Shown here one piece after another: positions 51,966 through 62,042 of a DNA stretch of 64,000 nucleotides (position 1 is the stretch's first letter; each line of letters starts with the position of its first letter). The position numbers and the translations under genes were made by a program. The notes beneath the pieces are model-generated. The model searched no databases and had not been told where the DNA came from. It worked only from the letters and a program-made list of their open reading frames with translations. Origin of the DNA: Candidatus Heimdallarchaeota archaeon (lineage in GTDB: Archaea > Asgardarchaeota > Heimdallarchaeia > Heimdallarchaeales > Heimdallarchaeaceae); contig JAUVXV010000012.1 in NCBI GenBank assembly GCA_030603365.1, positions 32,001 to 96,000 of the forward strand, in the 5' to 3' direction.

Positions 51966-52102
51966 ATTTTTAGAGCTGATAAATATAATTTAAACTTTAT
52001 TTCTGCTAGGTATTTCTTCTATCTCTTCAGATTTTGAGAAAAAAGCAGCTTTTTAAATGTTTAAATACTAATCTCCTCAATTTACTATTGGAAGAGAATC
52101 AT

Positions 52103-53416
52103 ATGAGTTTTGAGAGAGATAAAGGTGATGAACTTTTCTCACAATTTAAATTCCTTGAAGCCTTTCGATGGTATCTCAAAGCTCGAGAAATTTTTTACAT
52201 AAAAGGGAAAGAAGAGGAACTAAGAGCAATTGAAGTGAAGATAGCTAGATGTTTTGCTCTATTAGGTCAAAGAGAAGAAGCAGTAGATATCCTAATAGAA
52301 CTTGCTGAACAAACAAAAGAACGATTTCTAGTTGATGAATATTATTTAGTTGTACTTGAGTTAATTGCAACCTATTTTGCTTATGGTTATTATGAAGAAG
52401 GAAGAGAATTATTAGAGCAACTTGAAGAAGATCAAATTAATGTTTCAAATCCTCAAGTTTTCTTTAGATATTGGCAAACTAGGGCACAGATATTAATTGT
52501 AAATCACCGTTTAGTAGATGCAAGAGAAACTGTTCATTTCCTAATGGATAAAGCAAAAGAAATCGGGAATGAACCTTACTTTTATGAATTACAAGTCTTA
52601 GAAGCTCAAATTGATGCAGAAGAAGGAGAAGTCCTTAAAGCATATTCAAGTGTAGATGAAGCTTACAAGTACTTTGAAAAAACTCCTTTTGAGAGATCAG
52701 CATTTGAGAAGAAAATCATCTTGTCTCAGTTTGTTGAAGAACCTGAAGTGACAATCAAATTGATTGATGAATATCTTGAAAGATATCAACCTGATGATTT
52801 CCATCCACTAATGTTCAATGCACAAAGAATTGAACTAGAATTGAGATCAGAAAGAATAACTCCTGAAGAAGCCGTAGAAAAGGGAGAAAGATTGCTCTTT
52901 TCAGCTGAAAGTATTGAACAACTAGAGTTATCAGCAAAAGTAAGAAGACTCATGGCTGGATTATACCAAGCAATAGGTAAACCAAATGAATCGTTCAAAT
53001 CCTTTGAAAAAGCGAAGAACTACTTTAAGAAACAAAAACTAGAATACGAAGAAGCAGTAACAATTTTTATTTATCTACCTGCTTTATTACAGTTCCACTC
53101 AGCGAAATTATTGGGACTAACTGGGTATTTAGGAGGACCACGAATAAAAAATTCTGCAGCGATTGAACAAATGGATTTAGCCCTTGAAATAGAGAGAATT
53201 CAAGAAATATTTGAAGAATATGAAGATTATGTCCGAGCGAAAATGGCTCAATTCTTCTTACTTTCATATAAGATATCAATGATTGGTATGAATAAGGAAT
53301 TTAAGAATTCTATAACAGAAATAAATGATATCTATCAATGGATGTTGGACAAAGGAGAGCTCCATTATTCGGAAATGATTGGACAATTTTTAGAACTAAT
53401 TAATCAATTTAAATAG
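52103..53416 (+). CDS. TPR-like alpha-solenoid protein
   Basis: Helical repeats (EAFRWYLKA, LYQAIGKPNESFKSFEKA); not the same family as the 6.8-19.6 kb paralogs. Confidence 0.7.
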   Translation: MSFERDKGDELFSQFKFLEAFRWYLKAREIFYIKGKEEELRAIEVKIARCFALLGQREEAVDILIELAEQTKERFLVDEYYLVVLELIATYFAYGYYEEGRELLEQLEEDQINVSNPQVFFRYWQTRAQILIVNHRLVDARETVHFLMDKAKEIGNEPYFYELQVLEAQIDAEEGEVLKAYSSVDEAYKYFEKTPFERSAFEKKIILSQFVEEPEVTIKLIDEYLERYQPDDFHPLMFNAQRIELELRSERITPEEAVEKGERLLFSAESIEQLELSAKVRRLMAGLYQAIGKPNESFKSFEKAKNYFKKQKLEYEEAVTIFIYLPALLQFHSAKLLGLTGYLGGPRIKNSAAIEQMDLALEIERIQEIFEEYEDYVRAKMAQFFLLSYKISMIGMNKEFKNSITEINDIYQWMLDKGELHYSEMIGQFLELINQFK

Positions 53417-53427
53417 AGTGAGATAAT

Positions 53428-54234
53428 ATGAAGCGTTATAATCCAAATGAGAGAATACAACTTTATCATCCCGCTCACGAATTCCTTAATCTACTCAGTA
53501 AAGAAATAGAAAGTGAAATAGAATTAGGTGTGTTCGAAGATATCATCATCGATTCTCCTACCTCGAAGAATCAAAAATCAATTAACAAAAAATTACCAGA
53601 TCCAGCTGAAAGGCTACTAATCCTAGCATTAACCGCGAAGGAGATGGCTGACAAAAACAAAACTGATGAAAGAAATATTCTTTTTACTCTATCACGAATT
53701 CCACAATTTGTATTTCCTAATTTCAGTAAAGTAAATATTAAACTATACTCACAAGCTGAGCTAGAGGAAGTTCTGGATTTTGTTAAGATGTTTAACATGT
53801 ATCTTCCTCAACATTCACCAAGATATGATACAAAAACAATGATTTCATTGAAAATAGAATATTATGTGAATTCTTATCTTTATTTCGCGAAATCAATGAT
53901 CGAAAAACGCTTTCCTTACGCCACAGATTACTATGATTTTTTGAATTTTTTAATAAATGAGTTCTTTACGATTTTAAAACCACAGAGCGCAGAAAATGAG
54001 AAAGAAGTTCAAAGTATTGCATTGATACTAAAGAATTTCCTAAACTATACTACCATAGTTTATTTTCTTGAAAACTTTCCAGAGCAGATGAAGAAAGTAA
54101 TTTTTATACTAAATAATATTAATGGATTGAAATTAGACCATAATGAGAGGGAATTACTTAGAGATCTTTTGAAAGATTCAATACTAATTAACAAAAAAGA
54201 CAGAGAAATATTTCTGGACAAAATTAACTTTTGA
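53428..54234 (+). CDS. Hypothetical helical protein
   Basis: 268-aa ORF 11 nt after the TPR-like gene. Confidence 0.6.
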   Translation: MKRYNPNERIQLYHPAHEFLNLLSKEIESEIELGVFEDIIIDSPTSKNQKSINKKLPDPAERLLILALTAKEMADKNKTDERNILFTLSRIPQFVFPNFSKVNIKLYSQAELEEVLDFVKMFNMYLPQHSPRYDTKTMISLKIEYYVNSYLYFAKSMIEKRFPYATDYYDFLNFLINEFFTILKPQSAENEKEVQSIALILKNFLNYTTIVYFLENFPEQMKKVIFILNNINGLKLDHNERELLRDLLKDSILINKKDREIFLDKINF

Positions 54235-54238
54235 TATT

Positions 54239-55468
54239 TTAAAATAATAAAAAGAAAATTAGAACCAATATTGTGGTAGTAATTAAGTCTGCGCTAGAAC
54301 TTAACAAGGGATTAACCAAGTTATCGGGATCTAATCCAAGCCTGAAAGTTACGAATGAAGCAGATAAAGCGATGAAACTTACTATCAGAAATGATAAGAG
54401 GTTTGTTAAGATTAATAGGCCTAAAATAGTCCAATAAATTGGGAAGTTTATGTTTTGCGGAAACAAAGCAACTCCCAAGATGCTCATTAATGTGACTATA
54501 ATCATAGCAGCTGTTATAATTCCAAAGAAATTTATTGAAAATTCCTTAGTTTTTAATGATTTAAAAGAAGGTTTTATTGTTCCCAAATGGAGTTTTGTTG
54601 TTGTAGTATTTGCCAGAATGGAATTCTGACTACCAACTGTACTTATTAATGCAGGATAAAAAACAAGGAGTATAGGAACAGCTGATAAGTCAGCGATAAA
54701 TATGGCTAAAACTGATCCTGTTCCTGCTGCAATGAGGTTCGTTATAGTTAGAACAGGGATAGATTGCTTTATTCCTTTCATGAAATAACTTTTTTTTCTG
54801 AATTTAATGAAAGAAATAAAAAGGAAAACTAAAACTAATACTATTATAGGTATTCCGAGGTAAAAATGGAGATGAGAAAAAGATTCCCAAGGTCTGTACA
54901 ACAAACAGATTGAGAAGAATATTATTGTTATAAGAATATCATTCAAGGATGAAGTTATTGGATAAGCATAAACATCAGGATCACCATTCTTTTTGAAGAT
55001 AACAAATGTAAGTGCAAAAGTTATAAACATTGAAATAGTTGCTGTTAAAATGAAAGTTGTAAACGTTATTGAGAAAATCTGCAATACCTCAACTGGTTGT
55101 GTTACTAATTTTAGAAATATTCCAATAACAGAAGTTACACTTCCTATTAGTATTGCATCATATATTGATATGAACAATATCATGATAATTAAATGTAAGA
55201 AACTCTCAGAATTTTTTTTCCATACAGGTTTTATTGTACCTAAATGTAAAGCTGTTCCCAATTTTCCAGTAAGAATCCCATTTATGTCTCCTCTTACAGT
55301 AAGGAGAAGGGGGTAAATAAGAAAAACCCAAGGGATCGATTCCTCTAAAGATCTGAGTAAGGTTGCTGCACTACCCGCTGCTAATCCACCTAGGTCAAAA
55401 ATCATTCCCCCTAATACTGCTAACGTAAAGCCAGCAAAAACGGAGAAAGGAGAACGATTCTTTATCAT
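54239..55468 (-). CDS. MgtE/SLC41 divalent cation transporter (duplicated membrane domain)
   Basis: Two repeats: LGTALHLG..DPDVYAYPITSSLND and TTKLHLG..LDPDNLVNPLLSSSAD. Confidence 0.88.
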   Translation of the reverse strand: MIKNRSPFSVFAGFTLAVLGGMIFDLGGLAAGSAATLLRSLEESIPWVFLIYPLLLTVRGDINGILTGKLGTALHLGTIKPVWKKNSESFLHLIIMILFISIYDAILIGSVTSVIGIFLKLVTQPVEVLQIFSITFTTFILTATISMFITFALTFVIFKKNGDPDVYAYPITSSLNDILITIIFFSICLLYRPWESFSHLHFYLGIPIIVLVLVFLFISFIKFRKKSYFMKGIKQSIPVLTITNLIAAGTGSVLAIFIADLSAVPILLVFYPALISTVGSQNSILANTTTTKLHLGTIKPSFKSLKTKEFSINFFGIITAAMIIVTLMSILGVALFPQNINFPIYWTILGLLILTNLLSFLIVSFIALSASFVTFRLGLDPDNLVNPLLSSSADLITTTILVLIFFLLF

Positions 55469-55543
55469 AATTGAGTTAAAGGGAAAAAATATTAATAAAG
55501 ATAATTGTTACTTGCTAAAAGAGAAAAAAGAATCATTAACAGC

Positions 55544-55915
55544 TCAAAGTTGTTTTATTCCTAATTTCTCAATTAGTTCTATTCTTCTTTTTGCTAATGC
55601 AAAGAATGTTTCAGATATTTCAATTGTTTTTCCAAGCTTTGGATCTATTTCTAACAATTTCTTATAATACTTTGAAAAAGGAGTGTCTCCACTTGCAAAA
55701 TCATTAGCTATCTTCTTTGCTCCTTCGTAATCTTGTTGCAAAAGCAAATATGAAAAACTCAGATTAGGATTCACTTCAATATCTTCTTTTGGTATTAAAT
55801 CTAAATTTAGAAGTAATATCCAAGAGAGGGTATCAAATATTTCTGGGTTAACTTGATCACAAATCTTCTTCAAATCAACATATCTTTCTTCTCTAACTGT
55901 ACTCATGATAATCAC
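55544..55915 (-). CDS. Hypothetical protein
   Basis: 123-aa ORF filling the space between same-strand genes. Confidence 0.55.
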   Translation of the reverse strand: MIIMSTVREERYVDLKKICDQVNPEIFDTLSWILLLNLDLIPKEDIEVNPNLSFSYLLLQQDYEGAKKIANDFASGDTPFSKYYKKLLEIDPKLGKTIEISETFFALAKRRIELIEKLGIKQL

Positions 55916-55989
55916 AATGTTATTAACAACAATTCTGTGAAGTATTTATATTTTTTTACTTCTAATCCGTATAATGTTCTAGAAAATAC

Positions 55990-56931
55990 TCATTTTATTG
56001 CCAATACTAGGATAATTTCTCTCAGGAAAATTAATTCTACGTTTTCTTCGTCAAAAGTTTCTGAAACTAATGCTTTCAATTCTTCAGGATCAAATTGTTT
56101 TAGTTCACCAATAGCTTTACGTGGAGTAAAAATCTGAAATCCATAAGTCAAATGACGCAAAGCTTCAAAGAGATAACTTTCGAAATTCAAAATCTCATAG
56201 AAAGCAACCTTTGCTCCTGGTTTTAAAATTCTATGAACCTCTTTTATAAAAGCTCTAGAGTCTTTTTTGTTTAGAAAACCTAGACTTAAAATTGAGTTTA
56301 TTCTGTCTAAATAGTCCATTTTTAAAGGAATATTATCAGGACTAGCTCTGAGTTTTTGGTAATAAGGCACTTGAGTTTCTTTTGAGTATGGTAAGAGTAT
56401 GTTAAAACGATTTTGTGTATCTACTTCTGAAGCTGAAACACATTCATTACACAATTCTGGAACAAGAAATTCAGGATTATTAGGGCTAATTACCCCATAA
56501 TTCATTTCCTTCAAACAACCCATTGTTCGAACGCACATTTCATTCAAAATACCGATTAATTGACTCAACATACCCTCAAAAATCGAACTTACTCCCCAAA
56601 AGAGAGCCCGTTGTAATTCACTTTTACCTGGTTCTGTAATTTCTAGAAATGTCTTGTAACCTTGACCTGGTATCGACTTGGTTTGAATTAAATCTGATTT
56701 TTCTAGTTTATCAAAAATTGCATAAAAGGAACTTTCAGGTTTTCTTTCTATACTTTCATGTTTAGTACGAAGAACGCTAATCATTTCACCTTTATAAACA
56801 GGTTCAGAAGATCTATTTAGAATTTTGAGAATCTCTAATTCTATCCAATTAACAGAGAAAACTGTTAAGAGATTTTTATCATTTTTAGATATTTCGTCTT
56901 GCAATATATCTTCTTTCTTTGTTTTAGACAT
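55990..56931 (-). CDS. PadR-like winged-helix protein fused to a methyltransferase-like domain
   Basis: SSFYAIFDKLEKSDLI..LEITEPGK; EVHRILKPGAKVAFYE. Confidence 0.68.
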   Translation of the reverse strand: MSKTKKEDILQDEISKNDKNLLTVFSVNWIELEILKILNRSSEPVYKGEMISVLRTKHESIERKPESSFYAIFDKLEKSDLIQTKSIPGQGYKTFLEITEPGKSELQRALFWGVSSIFEGMLSQLIGILNEMCVRTMGCLKEMNYGVISPNNPEFLVPELCNECVSASEVDTQNRFNILLPYSKETQVPYYQKLRASPDNIPLKMDYLDRINSILSLGFLNKKDSRAFIKEVHRILKPGAKVAFYEILNFESYLFEALRHLTYGFQIFTPRKAIGELKQFDPEELKALVSETFDEENVELIFLREIILVLAIK

Positions 56932-57017
56932 GATAGCACCATTATCAGAATTCTAGATGTTGAATATAAGACTTACCCTAAGAAAGTATTCCAAAAATAA
57001 AGGAAAAAAAATGAAGT

Positions 57018-57674
57018 CTAATTCTTCATTCGTTTTTTGCGAATTATAACAAGAGCACCAATTGTAAATACACCAGCAAAAGCCCACCATACCTGTGCAG
57101 GACTTTCAGTTGTATATCCCAAGTAAGAAAGTTCAATTGTACTGTCTTGTGTATCATTGTCATAGAAATGTTCATAATATCTTTTGGTTAAACCATCTAG
57201 TGGATCAATTTCCATTTCTACGAATAAGGTATAGATATCATCTGTTATTGTGAAGTTAACATAGAAAAGACCTACAGGTCCATCTGTGACATTGAATAGA
57301 GTTGTTTCTGCTTCGAATTCTTCACGAATAGTGGTATTTACAACACCTTCTACCTTATACAGATGCCAGAATAATGGAAATCCTTCACCTGTGTATTTAT
57401 TTCCATCAACTTTTACGCTTGCATAAACTTTTTCTAGATCTTCTTCAGATAATGGTCCTGGATAGAGGTCATCTTTTAATGTTACTGAAAAATTAACATT
57501 TATTGGAATATCTTCATAATATTCAACTGATTGTGTAACATTCCATGTAAAAGTGCCATCCTTTACCATTAAATCAGAATAATAAAGACCGTCAAATTCT
57601 TGAGCTGTTGCGAAACTTGTCGCAAAAGCTGAAATCATTATTATAACTAAACTTAGTTTTAAGGTTTTATTCAA
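57018..57674 (-). CDS. Secreted surface protein copy B (short SP-containing C-terminal anchor)
   Basis: TTG at 57674 after GGTGA; signal peptide; TTESPAQVWWAFAGVFTIGALVIIRKKR. Confidence 0.8.
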   Translation of the reverse strand: MNKTLKLSLVIIMISAFATSFATAQEFDGLYYSDLMVKDGTFTWNVTQSVEYYEDIPINVNFSVTLKDDLYPGPLSEEDLEKVYASVKVDGNKYTGEGFPLFWHLYKVEGVVNTTIREEFEAETTLFNVTDGPVGLFYVNFTITDDIYTLFVEMEIDPLDGLTKRYYEHFYDNDTQDSTIELSYLGYTTESPAQVWWAFAGVFTIGALVIIRKKRMKN

Positions 57675-57863
57675 ATTATTTTCACCTAGTTTCATTACAG
57701 CTATGTTAAGAACTGCATAGGTTTTTTTAAACTTTACCATTTACATATTATTCAAAAACAGTAATTTATATGAAGATTAGAAATGTGGAAACTAATATAT
57801 GTCTTCATTGCGCTAAAAAAAATTTGTGAAAAATTGCCTAGATTAGGTAACAAAACGATTTAT

Positions 57864-59570
57864 CTACAGTTTACCTTCTAATCTAGTAACTATTTCTGTC
57901 TTTTCGAGTTCTTTAGCTATCTCAAGTGCCTTGCTTAGATATTCTTTAGCTTTATCAGCTTGAGTAAAGAGAAAAATATTACCTATTTTTTCATAAACTC
58001 TCATCAAGCTTACATAATTTTCTAATTCTTGGAAAATAGAAATAACTGCCTGGTAATCTGCAAATGCTTTTTCTTGATTTTTCAAACTTTTTACATCTGC
58101 CACAATTTCTTTCAATAGTCCTTCATAATAAGGATTATTTCTTTTAGAAGCTATTTCTATGCCCTTTTTTGCGTACGAAGATGAAAGTTTGGGATTTCTA
58201 TCTCTCATTCCAAAAGCTAACTGATAGTGTTGGTACATCATTAAATCATATTGGAGAGTTGGATCTTCATCTTGATCTTTAAGTGCTAAAATCAATCTTT
58301 CAACCTTCTTATCTAATTTTTCTGCTCTCTTCATATTGCCAGTTTGTAGGGCAAGTAGTTGAGAACCTAAATAATTATAAAAAGAATTATTTTCCTTATC
58401 TTCCTTAGAATAAAGATCACCAATTTCCTCATACAATTTCGAATATTCAAGCAGATCTGTATCGTTAAGTTTTGAAATTTTATTCTCATCAAAAATATGT
58501 TCAGTGGTATTAATTTCGCTCATTTCGGATGAAATTAATTTGAGTTGTTTTTTCTCAATTCTTCTAGTGATATCAACAATTCCTGTACTAGCATAAATCT
58601 CAAAAACTTTTTTCGTACCAACTGTATCTTCGATTGGTTCTGGAATTGGTATGTTAAGGGAGTAAGATAAAGCATGACCTTTCTTAATTAGTTCTCTGAC
58701 ATATTCTAAAGCTGCTAAAATATCCTCAAATTCATCAATATTCTGAATAGCTTGAAGATTATTCTTTGCATCCATTAGATTAGTAAATGCACCACTAAAA
58801 TCTCTCTGTACAATATTAACCAAACCCATCCGATATTTTATGATACCAACTGCTTTTTTATCTGATATATCTTCAAAGAACCCGATATTTTCTTCATAAA
58901 GTGAATAAGCTTGTTCTTTCTCTGTTTCAAAGAAACAATGTGCAAGATCTATAGAATTTTCTGCATAATAGTCTTTTTCACCCAATTCATTTGCTAGATC
59001 TCTAGCTTGATTAAAAACTACCGCAGCATCTTTCAAATCAAAATTTTTCAAATTTCTGCCAAAAGCAGAGAGACTCAATAAATGAAGCTTCTTATCCTCC
59101 GATCGTCTAGCTTCACTTACAGCAAGAAGATAATATTCTGTTGCTTCTTGATGTTTCTGTTCAGATGTCAAAAGTGTCGCGATTAGTGAAGATATTTTTG
59201 CTGTAAGGTAGTGAGCATCAAGTCTTTTTCCCTCATTGATGAGATTAGATGCTTTCTCAATAACACTACGAATTTCCCCTTCTTTTACTTCTTCCAATAA
59301 TTGATTGTATTTCTTTTCAAGTTCTTCTGTTTCATCTACAACTTTGTCTTCATATGTAATAATCATATCTGACTGTGATAACCCTACTTGTTCATTCTCA
59401 GGAATATCTTCTAAACCCTCAATATCACTTATTTCTTCCATTTCTAGTGCGAATTCTTCCATCGAATCAAGATCTTCAAGTTCTTCCTCCTCTAGATCTT
59501 CAATACTTCTTTCTTCATCCATTGTATTCACAATAGCTTTTGTTATAGTAATAACTTGAGAAGGAATCAT
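57864..59570 (-). CDS. TPR-like protein with highly acidic N-terminus
   Basis: DEERSIEDLEEEELEDLD; YEEIGDLY, YEKIGNIF, AKEYLSKALEIAKEL. True start may be 59522. Confidence 0.75.
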   Translation of the reverse strand: MIPSQVITITKAIVNTMDEERSIEDLEEEELEDLDSMEEFALEMEEISDIEGLEDIPENEQVGLSQSDMIITYEDKVVDETEELEKKYNQLLEEVKEGEIRSVIEKASNLINEGKRLDAHYLTAKISSLIATLLTSEQKHQEATEYYLLAVSEARRSEDKKLHLLSLSAFGRNLKNFDLKDAAVVFNQARDLANELGEKDYYAENSIDLAHCFFETEKEQAYSLYEENIGFFEDISDKKAVGIIKYRMGLVNIVQRDFSGAFTNLMDAKNNLQAIQNIDEFEDILAALEYVRELIKKGHALSYSLNIPIPEPIEDTVGTKKVFEIYASTGIVDITRRIEKKQLKLISSEMSEINTTEHIFDENKISKLNDTDLLEYSKLYEEIGDLYSKEDKENNSFYNYLGSQLLALQTGNMKRAEKLDKKVERLILALKDQDEDPTLQYDLMMYQHYQLAFGMRDRNPKLSSSYAKKGIEIASKRNNPYYEGLLKEIVADVKSLKNQEKAFADYQAVISIFQELENYVSLMRVYEKIGNIFLFTQADKAKEYLSKALEIAKELEKTEIVTRLEGKL

Positions 59571-59607
59571 TCTTATACTTATCCCTTTTTCTTCAAGAAA
59601 AAAACAA

Positions 59608-61605
59608 TTAGGTTTTCTTGCTTTTTCTATAATAATATAATAGAGGTAAGAATATAATTGAGGTTATGATGCTAAATGTAGATAAAGGAATGGTACTTGT
59701 TGGTATTGTCGGAGTAGGAGTTTCTGTTATAGTAGGAGTGGGAGTGGGAAATTCATAGTAACCAGCTGCAGCTAACCATTCAAGAGATTTGGTTTGATTG
59801 TATTCATATTGAAAACCGTCATAATAATAGTATGAAGTAAAAGGATAAACAACACTATGACAGTTAAAATACTCCCCACCATGCTCTTCTTGATTCATTT
59901 TTTCTCTATCAATTGCATGTATAATTGCTTTACGAACCGCTAATCCTCTTGTATACTCTTCTTTCCCTTCTTCAGTAAGATAAATGAAATTATTAGAACC
60001 TCCGATAAATGATCGTTTTAGATTGAATCCCATGAAGGAGAAACTTGCAGTAATAAATGATTGAACATCGAATCTAGGGTCTTCTTGAAGGAGTTTTCTT
60101 TCTGTAGGAAATATAGTCAACCCTGTCCAATCCAATATTCCAGCTTTAAATTCTGATAATTCTAATGAAGCGTCAGGAATGGCATGAACATTTATTGTGC
60201 TTATATTCAGATATTGAATAGATCCATCTTTTGCACCAATATTCATCCAATAAGGACTGTTTGTCAAAACTGTTTTTGAATCATGTATAAAATAATCTAG
60301 CAGATATTTTCCACAACCAAACGCAGATATGCTAAAAGACTTCCATGTATCAGTAGCAACTATTTCTGGATAAAGTCCAATGCATCTGACTCCTCCAGCA
60401 GTATATGTTATTGTTGAATCTGTTGAATTAAGGAAAAACTCCGGTAGAATCTCAAAAGACATCCTATGCCAAAAATCACTATAAATTTCTTCTTCTGGAG
60501 TGGAATAGTCTTCGTCCACATGAATATGAAATGCAAGTTCATTTAGAGGGTCGATATAGATGTCTGATATCCAATTATGATAAATTGTACTATTGCTTAC
60601 AATTGGATTATTCCAAGCTAAAAATGTAAAAACTGCATCTTTTGCGGTTACTTGCTGATTGGTTCCATTACTATATTCTCCTTTTAATCCAACCATTAAT
60701 TCTCCATCAGTGATTGTTTCCAAAGGAGGGGAAATTGCTGTTCGTACAGTAACATTGTAAGAGGGGTTCCAAAACAGATTATCTCGCAAAAAGAATTTGT
60801 AATGGGTAGCATTAATCATCTCCCAATCATGTACTAAACCTGAACTTGAAGGTACTAAATAAGGACTAAATTGTAAAATGGGTTCAGCCATCAAACTCCA
60901 GATGAAAGCACTGGAAGTATCATCATGAATTAGAGGATTTAAATCCCTCCAATTTGCGTCTGCCATGTTAAATTCATCTAAAGAAACTTGTCCTTCATGA
61001 TAACCATCATAGTACATATATGGTAAGGAATCTACAATACCCCAACTCACATTATATTCTTCTGTATTTGCCCAAGTTCCTACATAGCTTTTAGGAGCAT
61101 ACAAAGGCATGAGAGGGATGATTTTATCCATCATAAGCTCTTGCCATTCATAATAGATTGGTCTTCTCTCTGAAGGCTCTATTAATGTCACACCAAGATT
61201 CTGTAAATATTCGCTTTCATTATAATAGGGAAGGTTATAATCTAATTGAAATATATTAAGTGAACCATCTGCAGTATAAACAGATCTCATATCTGGTGAA
61301 GAACCTCCACCTGATAAACCAACCACAACCAAATCAAAATCATGAGTAAGTAATAAAGTTCCAACAAAAACTGACCACTCTTCAACTTTAACTGTAACCT
61401 GTATACCAATTTTACTTAAATCATGGGAGATATGGAAACCATAATCTGGTCTAACTCCTCCACCACTAGTTTTGAAAGTTAGATAAGCTATTGGCACAGA
61501 GAAATCTGCATTAATGAAAGGTGTTCCAATGTTTGTAGAACTAACAAATAATCCGAAAGAGAATAGAATCAAAAAAATAGTTTTTCTCTTATTCTTCTTA
61601 CTCAT
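59608..61605 (-). CDS. ABC substrate-binding protein, family 5 (peptide/nickel), C-terminally anchored
   Basis: Signal peptide; TAKDAVFT, GCGKY, FMGFNL, VRKAIIHAIDR; Thr/Pro linker, TM and basic tail. Confidence 0.88.
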   Translation of the reverse strand: MSKKNKRKTIFLILFSFGLFVSSTNIGTPFINADFSVPIAYLTFKTSGGGVRPDYGFHISHDLSKIGIQVTVKVEEWSVFVGTLLLTHDFDLVVVGLSGGGSSPDMRSVYTADGSLNIFQLDYNLPYYNESEYLQNLGVTLIEPSERRPIYYEWQELMMDKIIPLMPLYAPKSYVGTWANTEEYNVSWGIVDSLPYMYYDGYHEGQVSLDEFNMADANWRDLNPLIHDDTSSAFIWSLMAEPILQFSPYLVPSSSGLVHDWEMINATHYKFFLRDNLFWNPSYNVTVRTAISPPLETITDGELMVGLKGEYSNGTNQQVTAKDAVFTFLAWNNPIVSNSTIYHNWISDIYIDPLNELAFHIHVDEDYSTPEEEIYSDFWHRMSFEILPEFFLNSTDSTITYTAGGVRCIGLYPEIVATDTWKSFSISAFGCGKYLLDYFIHDSKTVLTNSPYWMNIGAKDGSIQYLNISTINVHAIPDASLELSEFKAGILDWTGLTIFPTERKLLQEDPRFDVQSFITASFSFMGFNLKRSFIGGSNNFIYLTEEGKEEYTRGLAVRKAIIHAIDREKMNQEEHGGEYFNCHSVVYPFTSYYYYDGFQYEYNQTKSLEWLAAAGYYEFPTPTPTITETPTPTIPTSTIPLSTFSIITSIIFLPLLYYYRKSKKT

Positions 61606-61659
61606 ATTTATCAAATATACAATAATCTCACTTATTAAATACATTTGTTCAAGACATTA

Positions 61660-62031
61660 TCAAGACTTTTTTATGACATTTCTCAAAGAATTAATCCATG
61701 TATCCAAATCATTTACAAGCCAAGCAAGTGAATCTGATTGTCTCTCGATATTTGTGAATTCCACCTTAAGTAATTTTCTTGATTTTGTTTTTCCTAAATG
61801 ACCTTTAGTAGTTTTAGCTTCATAGATTAAATTTAAAGGAATATGAAAATCTTTTCTAGGTAGATACATTCCAAAATAAAGCTCCTCTTCAGTAAGTATC
61901 AATAAACCATTTCCTCTAACCTGACCTATATCTAAAGATTCTTGCCTAAAAGAATTAGCAGAACTAGGTCCTAGAATAAGTGAAGAGTTGTCAAATTTAT
62001 TAATTATTTGTTGTTTTCTTTTCTTGAACAT
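61660..62031 (-). CDS. Small PH/GRAM-like domain protein
   Basis: GNGLLILTEEELYF..IPL..terminal W-containing helix. Confidence 0.55.
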   Translation of the reverse strand: MFKKRKQQIINKFDNSSLILGPSSANSFRQESLDIGQVRGNGLLILTEEELYFGMYLPRKDFHIPLNLIYEAKTTKGHLGKTKSRKLLKVEFTNIERQSDSLAWLVNDLDTWINSLRNVIKKS

Positions 62032-62042
62032 AGTTTCAACCT

